Shown: positions 28,561-42,700 of the stretch, piece by piece | Numbering within the stretch: position 1 is the stretch's first letter | Layout of the letters: the number at the start of each line of letters is the position of its first letter | NCBI GenBank assembly: GCA_964057225.1 | Contig: OZ059897.1 | Coordinates: 15,934,001 to 15,998,000 of the forward strand | From: Auanema rhodensis | Lineage: Eukaryota > Animalia > Nematoda | Direction: 5' to 3' | DNA length: 64,000 nt | Translations under genes and position numbers: made by a program | The notes under the pieces: model-generated | Databases searched by the model: none | What the model was told of the DNA's origin: nothing | What the model saw: only the letters and a program-made list of their open reading frames with translations

Positions 28561-31500
28561 TTTCTTATAATACATGTATTTTTTATTTTATATTCTATCT
28601 AGAAATAAATACAAAATCATATTAAACTTTTACAAAGAATTCCTGAAATTTGATGTGATAATGATGAATATATATTTAATTGTTCATGAAAATGAACATT
28701 ACGTATTACATTATTAGAATTCAGAGAATTTCAACCAGATGGCCGTATTCACCTGATTGATATAAACTCTAATTTAAACTTTTTTTCTTATGCTATCGGT
28801 TCAGAAGAAATATGAAGTTGTCTTTAACTAATAGTCAAAAAACTGATGACGTAGATAGTCTCTTACTTTGGTAAAACATGAAGAAAAATGAAAATTTGGA
28901 AGTAAATCACGTGAAATCGAAAAAACGTTGCAATGGAGTAATAGGTTTAGTTGACTGGACAAACCTTTAAGATTAGTGTAGAAGAAAGAAGAATGAATTG
29001 AAGTGATGGGTAGACTAAGTTGGGGAAATGATAATTTGGGGAAATGAATACACGATTAGGTCTTGATATGGAACGTGAAGGCTGGGTTGCAGCAGAGTTG
29101 ACGGGAGGATGGTCATCAAGGTATTATCATAGGTTATGTTAATACATTATGGAAACAAACACATATACATTCACATTCTTACATGTATGGATGACAGACA
29201 TAAGGCAAACAAAATGACGTCAAAGGCAGAATGCTATTGCTTTTCAACGCATCATATGCATTCTGAATCGCAGATGATCAAATCAAATTACATGAAAACC
29301 CCATCATCATTGTGATTGGGAAGTACATAGTTTAGCTGTTCTGCTATAAGATCAGTTAGATTTAGATGGTAAGTGGTTAAAAGTGAATGACTGTAGATAG
29401 GCTCAGCAGGGGTCTGAATGAGTGAAGTGGGTGGGTTACAAACAACAAAGCTGATGACAGATGTGGGAAGACGTTCGAGAAAGAATAAAGCTTTAAATGA
29501 TTTCAATTAGATGATCAACAGTTTGTCTCACCTATTTCTCGTGAGTTGATCCAGATTCAAAAAACAAGCTACTTCGTGTTGTACTGATAATTAGAAGAAT
29601 TAGAGATAAATAAAGAAATATATTGATATGTAATGCTAAAACAGAGAGGGTATTCAGATAGATAGAGTAAAACGATGTGTTGACAATCATTGAATCGTTG
29701 AGATGCAAACGGCATCAGCCGGTTCTATTCAAGGATATCCAGGGGCAGAGGTGGGGTGAAGCTACCATGCTTACCGAACTGAGTGGCTTGTTAGAATAGA
29801 GGTTTTTGCCTTGGGGGAAATAGAGAAAAATCAAAGATGTGATTATGATGAGCCAAAAAAAACTATGACGAAGTTAAGGTAAAGTGATAAACCGGCACAT
29901 AACTTTAAAGGGTGGGGGTGGGCAAAAGGAGAAAGGGGCAATAAGCCAAATCATGGTTAACAGAAGAAGAAAGGAACATTCCTATAATGACATGGCTTAG
30001 AAGGAAATAAATAAAAAAACTTCAAAAATATTTAATTTTATTTGATGAAAGCTTGTACGAAGATATAAATTATAAAATTAACTATATGACAGTTGTTTTA
30101 TTATATTTAAGTGTATATACTTTACTGAAACTTTATTAAAAACATGAAATAAATTGTTAAAGTCAATTAAAAGTTTTTTTGAATAATTACACATGAAATG
30201 TTAAGTTAAGAAGAAATCATGTATTTCGGTAATTCTGAAACAATTAAAGAAATTAAAATAAACATGTAAAAGACTATATAACTTTATAAATATTTTAAAT
30301 ATAATTTAAATATTTTTATTAAAAATATTTTAAAAATTTCAATATGACATGTATATAGATCGATGTGCTTGACAAAGCTTAGTTTGGTAAAGAGTTTGAA
30401 CGATAAAGTGCTAGCAAGAATAAAGAATTCAAGTGATTTGAATGGACATCATGATTTAAGAGGTTCTGGTCTGACGACAATACAGAAAATCGTTCTTTCT
30501 CTCAATCGTTGTCACCCTTCTCTCTCTATCTTTCTTTCTCTTTCTATGTAATTCTGTTCAGAGAGGTGGATATATTTTCATCTAATCCCCTTTTTCTCTG
30601 TTCTCTCTTTACATTACCATTCATATCTTATACACTCTCATTATTCTTATTCTATTTTTCTTTCTTTGCCTTTCGCAAAAGTAATCGCTCAAAATATGGC
30701 AAATAGTTTCATAGCTGCTACTCGTTGTATATGTATGTATGTGTGTGTGTGTGTGGATAGCAAATCCTCAACGGCTCATCTTTAGTCGGACTTTTGAAAA
30801 AGGTGGTCATTGCTAGGCAGAATCAAAACTAGTTGGACAGCTGAAATTGAGGAAACATAGCTTGGAAACATTGGCTAAAATATTTAAAAAATTGAAATGA
30901 AATTGTAACATACACGTTTCATTAGGTAATCAATCATCAGCGACCCAAATGAAACGAAGTTCATACACATGTTGATTATGAAATGATATTCAGTAATTAT
31001 AAGATTAAGATGTATTTTTCCAAAATATTTTTATATTTTTATGTAAAATAAATCATTTTATTAAACTATTTTAACTATAATAATGTACATATGTATATAC
31101 AAATATCTTCAGATTACAAATATTGAAAAAAAACATTTGATACTGTATTGAATATAGTTTGTTGAAGTTTCATACTAATCTCGAGGTCATTGTCCAAAGT
31201 TTTTTCTGACCATCAATAGAAATATAGCAGATTGAAACAGTTTGGCTCATCATAATCTTACATTCAATTCTATTGAATATACTATATAAACTAATCGATT
31301 TAATATAAATCCATAAGATTATTAAATTCTTCTAACAATAGTTCCAAATTGAATTCAATTTTTTTTGCAAAGAAAATGGAAGAAATAGAGTATAACTTAT
31401 AGAATAAGATTTTAAAATATAATTGTAAATATATACATACATGTATACATAATCATATTAAAACATACAAAATAAAAATTATAATTCAATAAATAAAAAA

Positions 31501-33774
31501 TATAAAAGTATAATAGATGATGCTGCAACAGTATTGCGATGCGTCATCTTGATTTTTCTCAATATTGTTTGAAAGATTCATTAGTTAACCATGTTCAACA
31601 TTAGAGTTAAACAATATTTTTTAAATTTTATTCTCTTATACTTTATACTATACTATACTAAATATAATTTTTTAAAGTTTTAACATTTTGAAAAAAATTT
31701 TTTCTTTAAAATTTCCTTTCTGTTTGTTGTTAAAACAAACATATTTGAATTCAATTCATTATTGAGTACATTTACAATGAAAAACTTACTTTTGTACAAT
31801 TGTATTTATTTCGAAAATCTTTCAAAGTAAAAAAAAAGTTTTGTTGATTCATCTCATCTGCTACTTTATTCAAATACATCAAAGTACGTTTATCGGTTTT
31901 CTAAGCTTTCTGTAATATTTAAAAAGTATAATTCAGTTTATATTATATATAATCAATATATATATATTATATATAATATAAAATGAATTAATTTAATATG
32001 TTATTCAATAGTATATGATTCATTTAATGAATGTTCAAATTGTATTCTTCATTCTCCACGAATTGATCAGAGTTTTTCTAACTAAATTTCTGGCACTTTC
32101 GTCTAGTTTCCGTTTGTTTTACGATAAACATTACAATCTACAATGTGATTGCCATCTCCGTTTAAATATTGCAAATTCACTTAAGCAATATGCCCATGTC
32201 TAGAAAACTGAATTGTATTAATTATAATTTTTTTTAAAAATTAAATTAAATAATTTCAAAATTATAATTCATGAGCTCAGTTCTTAAGAATTATATTTCA
32301 AAAGAAATTTGTTTATTAGCAAATTTACAAGTATATGAAATGACAGATAAGATTAACTATTACAACGAGTTAGCTTTTAAGCCAGATTAATTTCTTAAAA
32401 CTTGTGTAATCATACCATTTCAAACAACATAAATGCAGATAAATTAAACAGCTGTAACCAATTACTAACAGAACTGCTGTACAGAGAAGCGAGCAGAAAT
32501 GACCGAGGACTATCAGGTCAAGCAGCTGGTCCAACATATAAATCAATACTCCTTCTCTAGCTATTCGATATTTAAATTTTTTTTCCTTTGTTTTTCTCTT
32601 TTTTTATATCTTAAAACAGCTGTTTTTTGTTTTTAATTAAACAATTTGCCTTAAAATAAGGATTATTTAAATTTCCTATTTATTCAATTTCAACTTATTT
32701 ATTGAATTTTTTTTTCTTTTTTTCTTTCGTAGTAGTATTAAAAAAAGTTATATTTAATATTATTTTAAGCTTTGATTTAATCATCAAAAAACAAGTCTTA
32801 ACTATTCTTCTTATAATTACACATTTTTTTTTATTTAGATTATTCATATTAAATTATTATTCATAAAAAATTTAAAAGGAAACCCATATATCATACACTA
32901 TCTAGGAAACAATTTTCGGTGAGGATTTTTACAACTCCAAAAAGATGTAACACTGTTTTTATTCGGATTGCCATCTTCTTCATTCTTCTTTCATTCAGCA
33001 TAGTTGAATCAGTTTATTTCATTATACTATCATTATAGTATAATATACTTTTGATATTTGTATATATTACTTTATGAAATCTAAAATGATTATATTATAT
33101 CAGATATGCCAAAACAAAATATCCAATTTGGGACTATATTTCACAATATTAATATATTTGTGATGTTTCTTTTATGATGAGTCATGATAAATTAGGCATA
33201 AATGTATTTCAATATGAGCAGAAACATTATTTGCATGATTGACAGATATTTTTTTGAACAAGCAATCTAAAAATAATTTTTTTTTAATAATTTGTCATAC
33301 TTTATGTCATACTATCTTTCGGAAATGTCAATCTCAACAATATATTTGAACATTAAATTATCAAACAGAAAAAAAAATATCTGATCAAACTAAATATATT
33401 ATAGTTATCCTAATTTGTTTATTATTATTATATATAGTTAACTATTAGATATATATATGTTCTTTAACATTTAAAATTTGCATATATAATAGATACTATA
33501 TGTATATACGTGTGTTTTTTTGTATTTGATATAGAAAATTTTGCCTTCTCTATGTTCAAGAAAATTAGCATAAAATCAATATAAATGACAAATCGCTGCA
33601 AAATTATTGAAATGAAACTAATTATTTAGATATTGTACTCTTTCTTTTTTTTTTTTTTTTCAACAAAGATTTTTCTCATTTTATGTCAGACTAACCTTAT
33701 CTTCAAAACACAACTGTCAATCAAATATTCATATATAAACAAAGCCTTAACATGACAATTTTTCATAATAAATG

Positions 33775-33780
33775 TTTCAG
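33775..33780 (+). promoter_or_regulatory. Candidate trans-splice (SL) acceptor TTTCAG immediately before the SAMHD1-like ATG
   Basis: TTTCAG|ATG with AT-rich upstream sequence and no convincing upstream exon. Confidence 0.5.
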
Positions 33781-36209
33781 ATGAACTCCGTAACTCGCTC
33801 TCAAAGCTGGCCCAATCATCAACATGTAAGTTTTATGATATAAATGTATTATATTATTTATATTTAGCATAAAAACAAAATCATTTGTGATAATATTCAT
33901 GTAGCAATTCCTCTCTTTCATCCTATTCATGCATTGATTGATTCTCCGGTTAGCTTATAATTATTCTTTGATATCTTCATGAAGCAATGTGTTATAGGAA
34001 TTTCAACGTTTGAGGAATATTAAGCAACTTGGTGTGGCTTCATGGGTGTATCCAGGTGCTGTTCATGATCGCTTCATACATTCATTGGGGTTTGTATAAG
34101 ATTGATATAGTCACTTAATAGATTTCAATTTAATATCATTTTCAGAGCTCATTTCATTGCATACAAGTTTATTACTCATTTACGGGAGATATATAAAGAT
34201 AGCAAAGATATTATTATAACCTCAGCAGATGTACTATGTGTAAGCACAGCAGCACTTCTACATGATATTGGTTAGCGTTAAAATAATAATTAATTTATAA
34301 TATATCTGTTATATATTATAATATTATCATTTAGGACATGGTGCATTTTCTCATTTATTTGATGGAACCTTTGCTGAATACATTGGAAAAACCAAAAAAG
34401 TTTCAAATATGAATAATATAAAACTAATATAAACAAATTGCAGCATGAAACAATAGGAACAGAGTTAACGGATAGAATTTTCAATCGTAAAGAGATTTAT
34501 GAAGTTTTTGAGCCCTTCCTTGGAACATTCCAATCAGATGAATGGAATCGTAATATAACGTTTATTAAAGAGTTAATTGAACCAAAAAAATATGTAAGTT
34601 TATAATAAAAAAATTATTTTTATCAAAATATTTAAATATAATAAAAATTTCTTTTCTAGAAAATTGGTGAAGAATGGCCAATGACCGGTAGAGGAAAGGA
34701 ACAATCATTCCTTTACAACATTGTTTCAAATGCTTATAATGGTATTGATATTGATAAGTGGGATTACCTTCTTCGTGATTCTTATAATACTGGTGTTTCT
34801 ATACCCTTCGATCAGGTTTGTTTTTTTATTTTCTTATAATTTATTCATAAGAAATATTATTTTGAAGGCGGGAATTACAAGACTGATTACATATAGTAGA
34901 ATTTTAATGCATGATGGTTTGTATAGAATTTGTTACGGCAAAAAGGTAAAATTTATTTTTTTTTTTAAAGATTTTCATGAATAATATTAATTTTAAATAA
35001 TTATATCTTTGAAATTTAACTTTTTGTGATTTTCAGGCTGTTGAATGTATTCGGAATGTTGGTGAATCTCGCCAGCTACTTCATGAAAAAGTTTATCAAC
35101 ATAAAAAAGTAATCATTATTGATCACATGTAAGTTAATTTATTTTTATTTATAAGTAATCAAAATTTCCTGAATAGTTCGATTAATGTTCAAAAAAAATA
35201 AATACATCCTCCAATAAACAGTACCAAAACTATGAAACAAATAGAATTGGTTTTAAAATTTCATTCAAATTCATTTTAAGAGTTGCGGAAGTTCTTAAAG
35301 CAGCTAGAAAGTTTGAAGTTTTGGGATCGAATAATAGACACTTTGCTTTGGATGAAGTTCATACAGATTTGGATGCATATTTGAAAACAAATGATCATAT
35401 CCTTTTACTAGTTTGTTTAAAAAACATTTTCTTCTTATATAACATATAATTTAGATTGAGAATGCTAAAGAAGGTATGGATGAGGCTAAAAAGCTATTGG
35501 AACAGTTATCTAAGCGTCAAGTACCAAAACTAATAATTAGTGAAGAACTGTGTCCTGAAAAATGTGAAGAGGTACATAGTCAAGATAATTATTTTTATTT
35601 TTAAATATAATTCTTTTTTCAGTTTTTAGAGACAATTAATCGTTCCGGTTCAACAGTTCAACAGATAAGAGTAAGAAAATTATTTAAAATAATTAGATAT
35701 ACATATATCTATCTATATATCTATCTATTAATATACATATATAAATTAATTTAGGACTATATTAAAGAACAATTGGAAGAAAAACTGAAAGATAAAATAG
35801 AAAAAGATGAGCTATTGGTTTTGGTAAATCTATAGGATATTAATTAACAATTAAAACTATTCACTTTCAGTCCAAAAACATTGATCGTGGACAAAAAAAG
35901 AATGATCCTGTATCGCAAGTTGTATTCTATACTGAAGAATGGGTAAATGATGAATGGACATTTAAAACAGAGTTATTTGATCCAAGCAAGGTATAAATTA
36001 TATGATATAATTAATAATTATAATATATGTTTAAGCTGAGATTAAAAGCACCTGAACATTGTGCATATTATGGATTCCTCGTCTATCGTAGCAAAACAGC
36101 ATCGAGTGAAACAACACAAGAAGAAAATTTAAAATTGAACAATCTCATTCGCAGTGAGTTCAAGACAATCATAAAAAAGATTGAGGAAACAGCTAAAAGT
36201 AGCCAGTGA
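33781..36209 (+). CDS. sahd-1: SAMHD1-like HD-domain dNTP triphosphohydrolase (no SAM domain), 15 exons, ~510 aa
   Basis: Spliced translation: ICDNIH...[16 protein letters not shown]...[14 protein letters not shown]...[16 protein letters not shown]...HE...[25 protein letters not shown]...[13 protein letters not shown]...LSKRQVPK. First exons: 33781-33825, 33868-33948, 33998-34089, 34146-34270, 34335-34399, 34444-34593. The last exon ends with TGA at 36209. The ATG directly follows TTTCAG. The family call is secure; one-to-one orthology to sahd-1 is inferred. Confidence 0.93.
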
Positions 36210-38451
36210 TATTGATGTTGATATGAATATATACTATATTCATGTAGTTTATAATAGTATAGTTTTGAGATTTTTATAATAAATTAAAGCACGTGCCATA
36301 TGCTACTTTTTTTTCAATTTTAATAAATTTTAACAACATCTTCCATTTTTTTTTGTATTTTTTACAAACACATTTTTTGTCATTTTCAAGAGTTTTTCAA
36401 AGTACAGTGGTTTATATAAAGATAAAACATGAAAGAATATGAGAGATTTAGAAAGGAGAGAGGGGAAATATAAGTATTTGATTTACATACTTATATTATA
36501 TAACAAATATGGTATGATCATGAAGTAAACAAATATGAATTCAAACAAATTTTGAAGAAGTCATGTTCATCTATTCGTGATCATCATGATTATCTCAAAC
36601 ACTATCCTTTTCTCCTGTTTCCTCTATCTCTTTCTCTCTCTCTCTATCCATCTCTCTCTCTATTCCTTTTCCTCTTTCCTTCTTTCTCTATGTCTGTTCC
36701 TTTCTTCTAAACAAATAATTGAACATGTAAGAAGAGTTCAACTGGAAATATCTAAGTTTTAATGCTCGTTATACTTATAATTGAGGTTTCGATTAACACA
36801 AAAAACTATTCTGAAAGTTAACGAATAAAGAGCTTGAACTGGATTTATCCAGGTTCATAGACATTTATCTTTTTGATTTCAAATAACGACTGCAATAATC
36901 ATCAATTTAAACATAAGGTTGACCTGATATCCTCAGTCTATAACAATCTGAATGAAATGCATTGATCATAGGGTGTGTCTTCACATTCTGCTAACGACAT
37001 CGTTGGCGATAAATATGAGGCTGAAGCTTCGTTTCATTCTTCCGACTGCATACCGACATCAACAACGTTGTCGCAGCGCCTTCTGATTTCAGTCTATCTA
37101 CATCGTGTCATGCTGCTGATGTAAATGAAGTGACGACCTTCACCTACAAACGCTAAGAAAATGCTGGCGAAACGAACGACAAATGCCCTGATTCGTCTTG
37201 AACGTCGTCATCGTCGATGACGCCTTCAGACAACGCCTCTTTAACGCCGAGCACTGTCATCGTTTCGATATTCTTTTGAAGCGCAACTTCCAATCATATG
37301 TATCTCTTTCATAATGGCAAATTTAGATAGGAGTATATAAGCAGATCAAGAAAACCGAATGATGATTCTAGAAAAAAAGATGTCAAATATCTGCGGTAAA
37401 ACATCTTAATCTTAATCTATTTTTTTATTTGAAATATCATTTTCAAATATGTATGTCATCTGATTTGTGAGTAGCGATTACAGTCAACTATATGAATTCA
37501 TGAGTCTTATTCACAGTCAGGCTTTAACTCTCGTTTAATGTTCAACTTTTCATATTTTTTCTTATTCAACTTAAGTATTTTTATTCTTTTGTACTTCTAT
37601 TTTAAACCTTTTCAAGGACATTGTAGTCATATATTTACTATTATAGAGGATAAAGTCAAAAGAAAAAAAGTTTTTTTTTCTTTCAATTCTTTCCACACAA
37701 TCTCATCAAGTTGCCATTTTCTAATTTCATGTTTTGAACCTCAATTTTCCATGAAATTGACTGATTGTCTTACCTTTGACCTAATTTCTTGTAACAGCTG
37801 TTCTATCTTATTTCTATTTCTCTGACAGTCTTTCTTCTCACTATTTTCCTATCAACCATTTTTTCTTTTGAATTTAAATTTTTTATTTCAATATAATAAG
37901 CATTGAATCTTAATTTCAATTAGATTCATGAATATATAAGAGATTTTAAATACTTTTTACCATCTTCATCAACGATCTCATGTCAATTTTGAACAATAGA
38001 TTGACCGTTTTAAGTAATTCACCATGTTCTTTTATATATTTTTTGTATTTTCTGCAATGGTTTAGACGTTAAATCATTTTCTGAATCATCATGACCCGAT
38101 TTGTTTCTTATTCTCAAAAGAATATCAATTTAACCTGACTGTCGGTTCCATTTATCTCTTTTATTCTTCTTTTCTGTACTTTCGTTCTGTTTTCATTTTT
38201 TTTTCAAAATTATAGATTTATCTCAAGCACAATTCACTACTTTCTTTCATTTTTTTTTCTTGTAAATCCTTACAATATACACATTGTGTTACTCTCACCC
38301 GAATCAAGTAGCATAGGCGTGGCTTAGTTTCGGTGAAAGTTTGGTAGAATACCTCTTCTTTACAAAATCTCGAATTATTTCCATGTTTTCGTTTTAAATT
38401 ACCCTTTCACGAAACCGTTTAGAAAACAATTCCCATCTTCAAAAATTTTTT

Positions 38452-38457
38452 TTTCAG
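38452..38457 (+). promoter_or_regulatory. Candidate trans-splice acceptor of the secreted Cys-rich gene
   Basis: A long T run ending in TTTCAG, about 45 nt upstream of ATG 38503. Confidence 0.5.
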
Positions 38458-38502
38458 ATTAACATATTGAGATTCTGAATCTCCCGAAGACGTGAGGGTG
38501 CC

Positions 38503-39701
38503 ATGTTGAATGCTATCTCAACTTCATGTCTTCTCATTTTATTATTTAGTATTGTAACAGCTGATTCAAATGTTAGTTTCATTCATTTAATAGAAAAGTT
38601 TTTTTTTAAAGTTTCAAGTTGATCAACAAATTTGAATAATTTATTATCTATTATAGATATTTATTCGAAAACTTATAGAATATTTACTAGTTTTATCTAA
38701 GATCGTAGGAAGATTAAGATTTTCCAAGTCAATTTGTTCTTCTTACTTTAAGATTCAGAGTTTTAACCTATAAAATATATATTTTGGACAAAATTAATCC
38801 AAAATCATTATATTTCGGCAGACTATAATCTTTAATTTCAGTTAGAAACAGTGAAATATTGCTCCAGATATGTTGAATGTGCTTCTGTTTCTTTATTAGA
38901 AGAACGTTTGTGTTTAGGTAAATATAATAAAAAATTATAATAATATAATTAATCTATATTATATATAATATATAATATTTTTTATATTTTAGGAAATACT
39001 CGTAAACGACCATATTGGCTGCCTTTTGGACATGATCCTAAAAAATGTCATGAAAAATTAAAAAATGATTATAAATTAGTAAGTATGTTACAATAAATAA
39101 ATATAAATTTTAGTAAAAAGTATAGTGAAATATAAGAAATTTCATATAATTTGGCTGAAATAATGTTTTAATATGAAAAACAAGTGATTATACAAATTGA
39201 GAAATAACTTTTTGTTTCAGATGGAATCATATGAGGCTGATTTGGATCATCAATTAAATGCTTGTTTAACTGAAAAAGCAACAAATATGACTGAAGCACA
39301 GGTATGTCGTAGTAAAATTGTTTTTAAATTTATATAATATATTGAATATAATACTTGATTTCAAGGTTAAAATATACATATACATGTATGTATGTATGTA
39401 TAATAGAATAGTTACGTGATAACTATTTGAAATAGTTAGACCTCAAATAAAATCTAAATTCCCGAACCTTACGACTCATAAAGAAAATCATCTCAGCATG
39501 ACTATATACATAAGTTCTGAAATAAGAATATAATAAAAGATAAAAAAATCATTGAAATGACATCTTCTTCTATTGAAGGTGTTAGGTAACCAAGAAATAG
39601 GAAATACTTTAGATTCTGACCTGTTTAACTAAATGAGATGATTTTTATCTTCGAAACGATTTTGAAAGAATACAATAAACTATATATAATCTATTCTTTA
39701 G

Positions 39702-39736
<35 letters not shown>

Positions 39737-42700
39737 TTTTTTATATTTTATATTTTAAATAACAAAATGAAAGAATATTTTAATTAATTTACTATTATCC
39801 TATCTTATCATTAACAATTCATTATCTTAATATATTGACCTTGAATTATAATGGATTAAAATAATTGTATTACATCCTTATGATATATTCTAAACAGAAA
39901 TATTTCATTAAAGAAAAAATATTTTTACTTTTACAGAAAGCTACATGTTCTCCAAGAATTCTTCGTCTTGTACCAAGATTCAGCTTTGGACGTACTATCA
40001 CATATGTTCCAACTAATTGCTTTACTGGATTGGAACGACGACGTGAACGTGAATGCTCAACTTCCAAATTCTGTTGTGGAGCATTTGATAAGTAAGTTCA
40101 AGTTTTAATATTTTTTTTTGTAAATTTCATTTCAATTGTTAAAGATAGTTTAACAGTTTTTATGTTTAAATGAATTGTTTTAAACAATTTATTTGAGTAA
40201 ATAACACTGTTTTACAACTATTAGAATTCTTTAATTTGAAAAAGAAGATACATTTATGAATACAAAACAACTTTTTTTTGTTGTTAAACTTAATTGAAGA
40301 AACTAAAAAGAATTTGAACTCTTCAATCCATGATCAAATTAGATCAGCTACTGATTATATGATTTCGGAGAAAAAAGATTAAATAAACGGAAACATTGGA
40401 AAATAATTAAGAACTAATTAAAATTGGGAAAAATTTAATTGATTAATTTGTTGAAATTCAAATAAAAAAATATATTTTACGGAGTAAGCATAAAGGTTTT
40501 TCTTATTTTTTGTTCTCTTTCGTCTTTGCTTTATGAGGTCAGCGTTAGGGAGATTAGCTGTTGTATGCAGACATATTATAAATCATTTTCCAACTTAAGT
40601 TCTTCATAAAATAGAAGAAAAAAAGTTTTTTTGTGAAAACAATTAGTATTGATTTGTAGGAATATTCATTTTCAGATGTGAATTCATGTTGACAGATTCT
40701 GCTATTGCTCGAGAGTTGATGACACTTCGTATGAATTTACAGCAAAGGGCTAAAGATTGCGAGGTTTTATAATATTTATATTATTATTATAACGCCCACT
40801 TCTAATTTAGTTAGGAAAAGAAGTAAAACCCTTAGTATTACCGGCAAGTTTGGCTGAAAGCCTTGACGATGAACCATCCTGGGCTCCATCTGGAAACGTG
40901 AACGTTCGATTTACTGATGTTGAAACATTGAAAAATAATAAAATTCAAAACAGACAACAAGGTTTTCATTTATTTATAAAATGAAAACATTTGGAAAATT
41001 TAGATCAAAATGGCGCTGGATTTGTGAATGTACGTGTTCATGAGCAAGGATCTGATTCAGCCAACGCTGTTCAAAGAGAACTGGAAGCGCTTCAGAGGTT
41101 GATAATAGGAAATATTTCAATTCTAATTCAAAATTTTAGAAAAGGAAAAGAAACATTCGGACAAGTTTCAACTGAAACAAAAGGATCAAACAGCGAAAAA
41201 GTTTATAATTTTCTCGTTTATTTTCAATAATTTACTATCTTTAGGTTAAATTCAATCAATTGTCTGATTCTGAATCAACAGAATCCGTAAGTACTTTGAA
41301 GGCTGATAGAAATTCTCTGACAATAACTTCAAATGAAACTCCAAAACTTAAATTTCCTGAAAACAAAGTAAGATATTATAATTATTCAACTAAGATAATT
41401 GAATTTTCAGAGCTTGAATGAAAATTCTGAATTAGAACGTAAATTAGCCAATTTACCAAAAAATTTGGATGATCATGATAAAAAATATGATGATGCTTTA
41501 AAGAAAACTAATGAATATAAGGTGTTTCATAATTGATTATTTAATTCTCTTATATTTGAAATTTAAGGAAGTTATTCGACAGTTATCCAGAGAATCCAAG
41601 AATTCTGTTGTCACTTCGGATTTCGTCAATAGTGGCCTTGATTCTCTTGTTAAAGCTGGAACAGTTCGTTTTTCATCTAAAAAACGTTGTCAATCATTTG
41701 GAACATTTTAGTTATCATCTTCAACTGATAAAGAAAGCGGAATTGCTTCGGGAAAAGTTGAAAAAGTTTCTTTAGCTGAGTTAGAACATGATTCTGAAAT
41801 AACAGTAAATGAAGGAGTAGTAACATCAAGTCCCTTAATCTTAGTTACAAACGAAAATCAGGTAATGATATAAACTTTCAATATTTCATTTAAAAAATGA
41901 TTTTTCTCTCTTTTAAGACAGAAACAACATCTTCAAAACCAAATGAGAATGGATGTACTGGACGTCCAAAGATTACAATTACCAAAACAATTAAATATGA
42001 AAAGATTTTAACATTACTTGGTGAAGAACCAGAAAGTAATGGAATTAAAGAAGTATTTCATAATATTTTAAACAAATTTATATTGAAAATTCTTTTTAGA
42101 TAAGAGATTTAATAAACTCATGGCAAACTAATTTCCGTAAAAAAGTTGTAACAGCAAAAGATAAAGCTAAGAATAAGGAAGTAAGTAAGATTCTTTTTTT
42201 AATTCAAAGCCTCATGTCTTCTTTATCATAAAGATAAATATTTCAGATAGAAAAAGCTTTAGAAGATTTAGTCAGCCAATTTGATGATATTAACTTGAAA
42301 ATGATCAAAGATCAAGCTAATGCAAGTAAGTTTTAGGCTTTTATATTGTTATTCTAACTATCAAAATCTTATTTTTTGATTTTCCTTTCTTTCAGCTTTT
42401 AATGTTGAAGATTATCCTCATGATGATGCTGAAATCACAGCAAATAACTGTGATCCATCACCTATAACTGAATTGTCAAATGATGTGAAGACGGCTGAAC
42501 TGGCTCAGCTTAAAGACGAGCATGGTGACGTTGTTGTTATAGATGGTATAACGTTGCTTATTTTCATTCATCCGACATCTAATTTATAGAAGGAGTGCCA
42601 AAGATTATGGTTAATTCAGGAAAAGTAGTTAAAACCTCTGATAATCTTGATGAAGTGAGCTTAACACAAACTAAAGAAGAACCTATTGAATGGCATAATG

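Noticed and set aside
32499-32522. Possible micro first exon MTEDYQ|GTCAAG for the SAMHD1-like gene
   Set aside because: Phase-compatible, but the donor is weak and there is no other support. Trans-splicing at 33780 is simpler.
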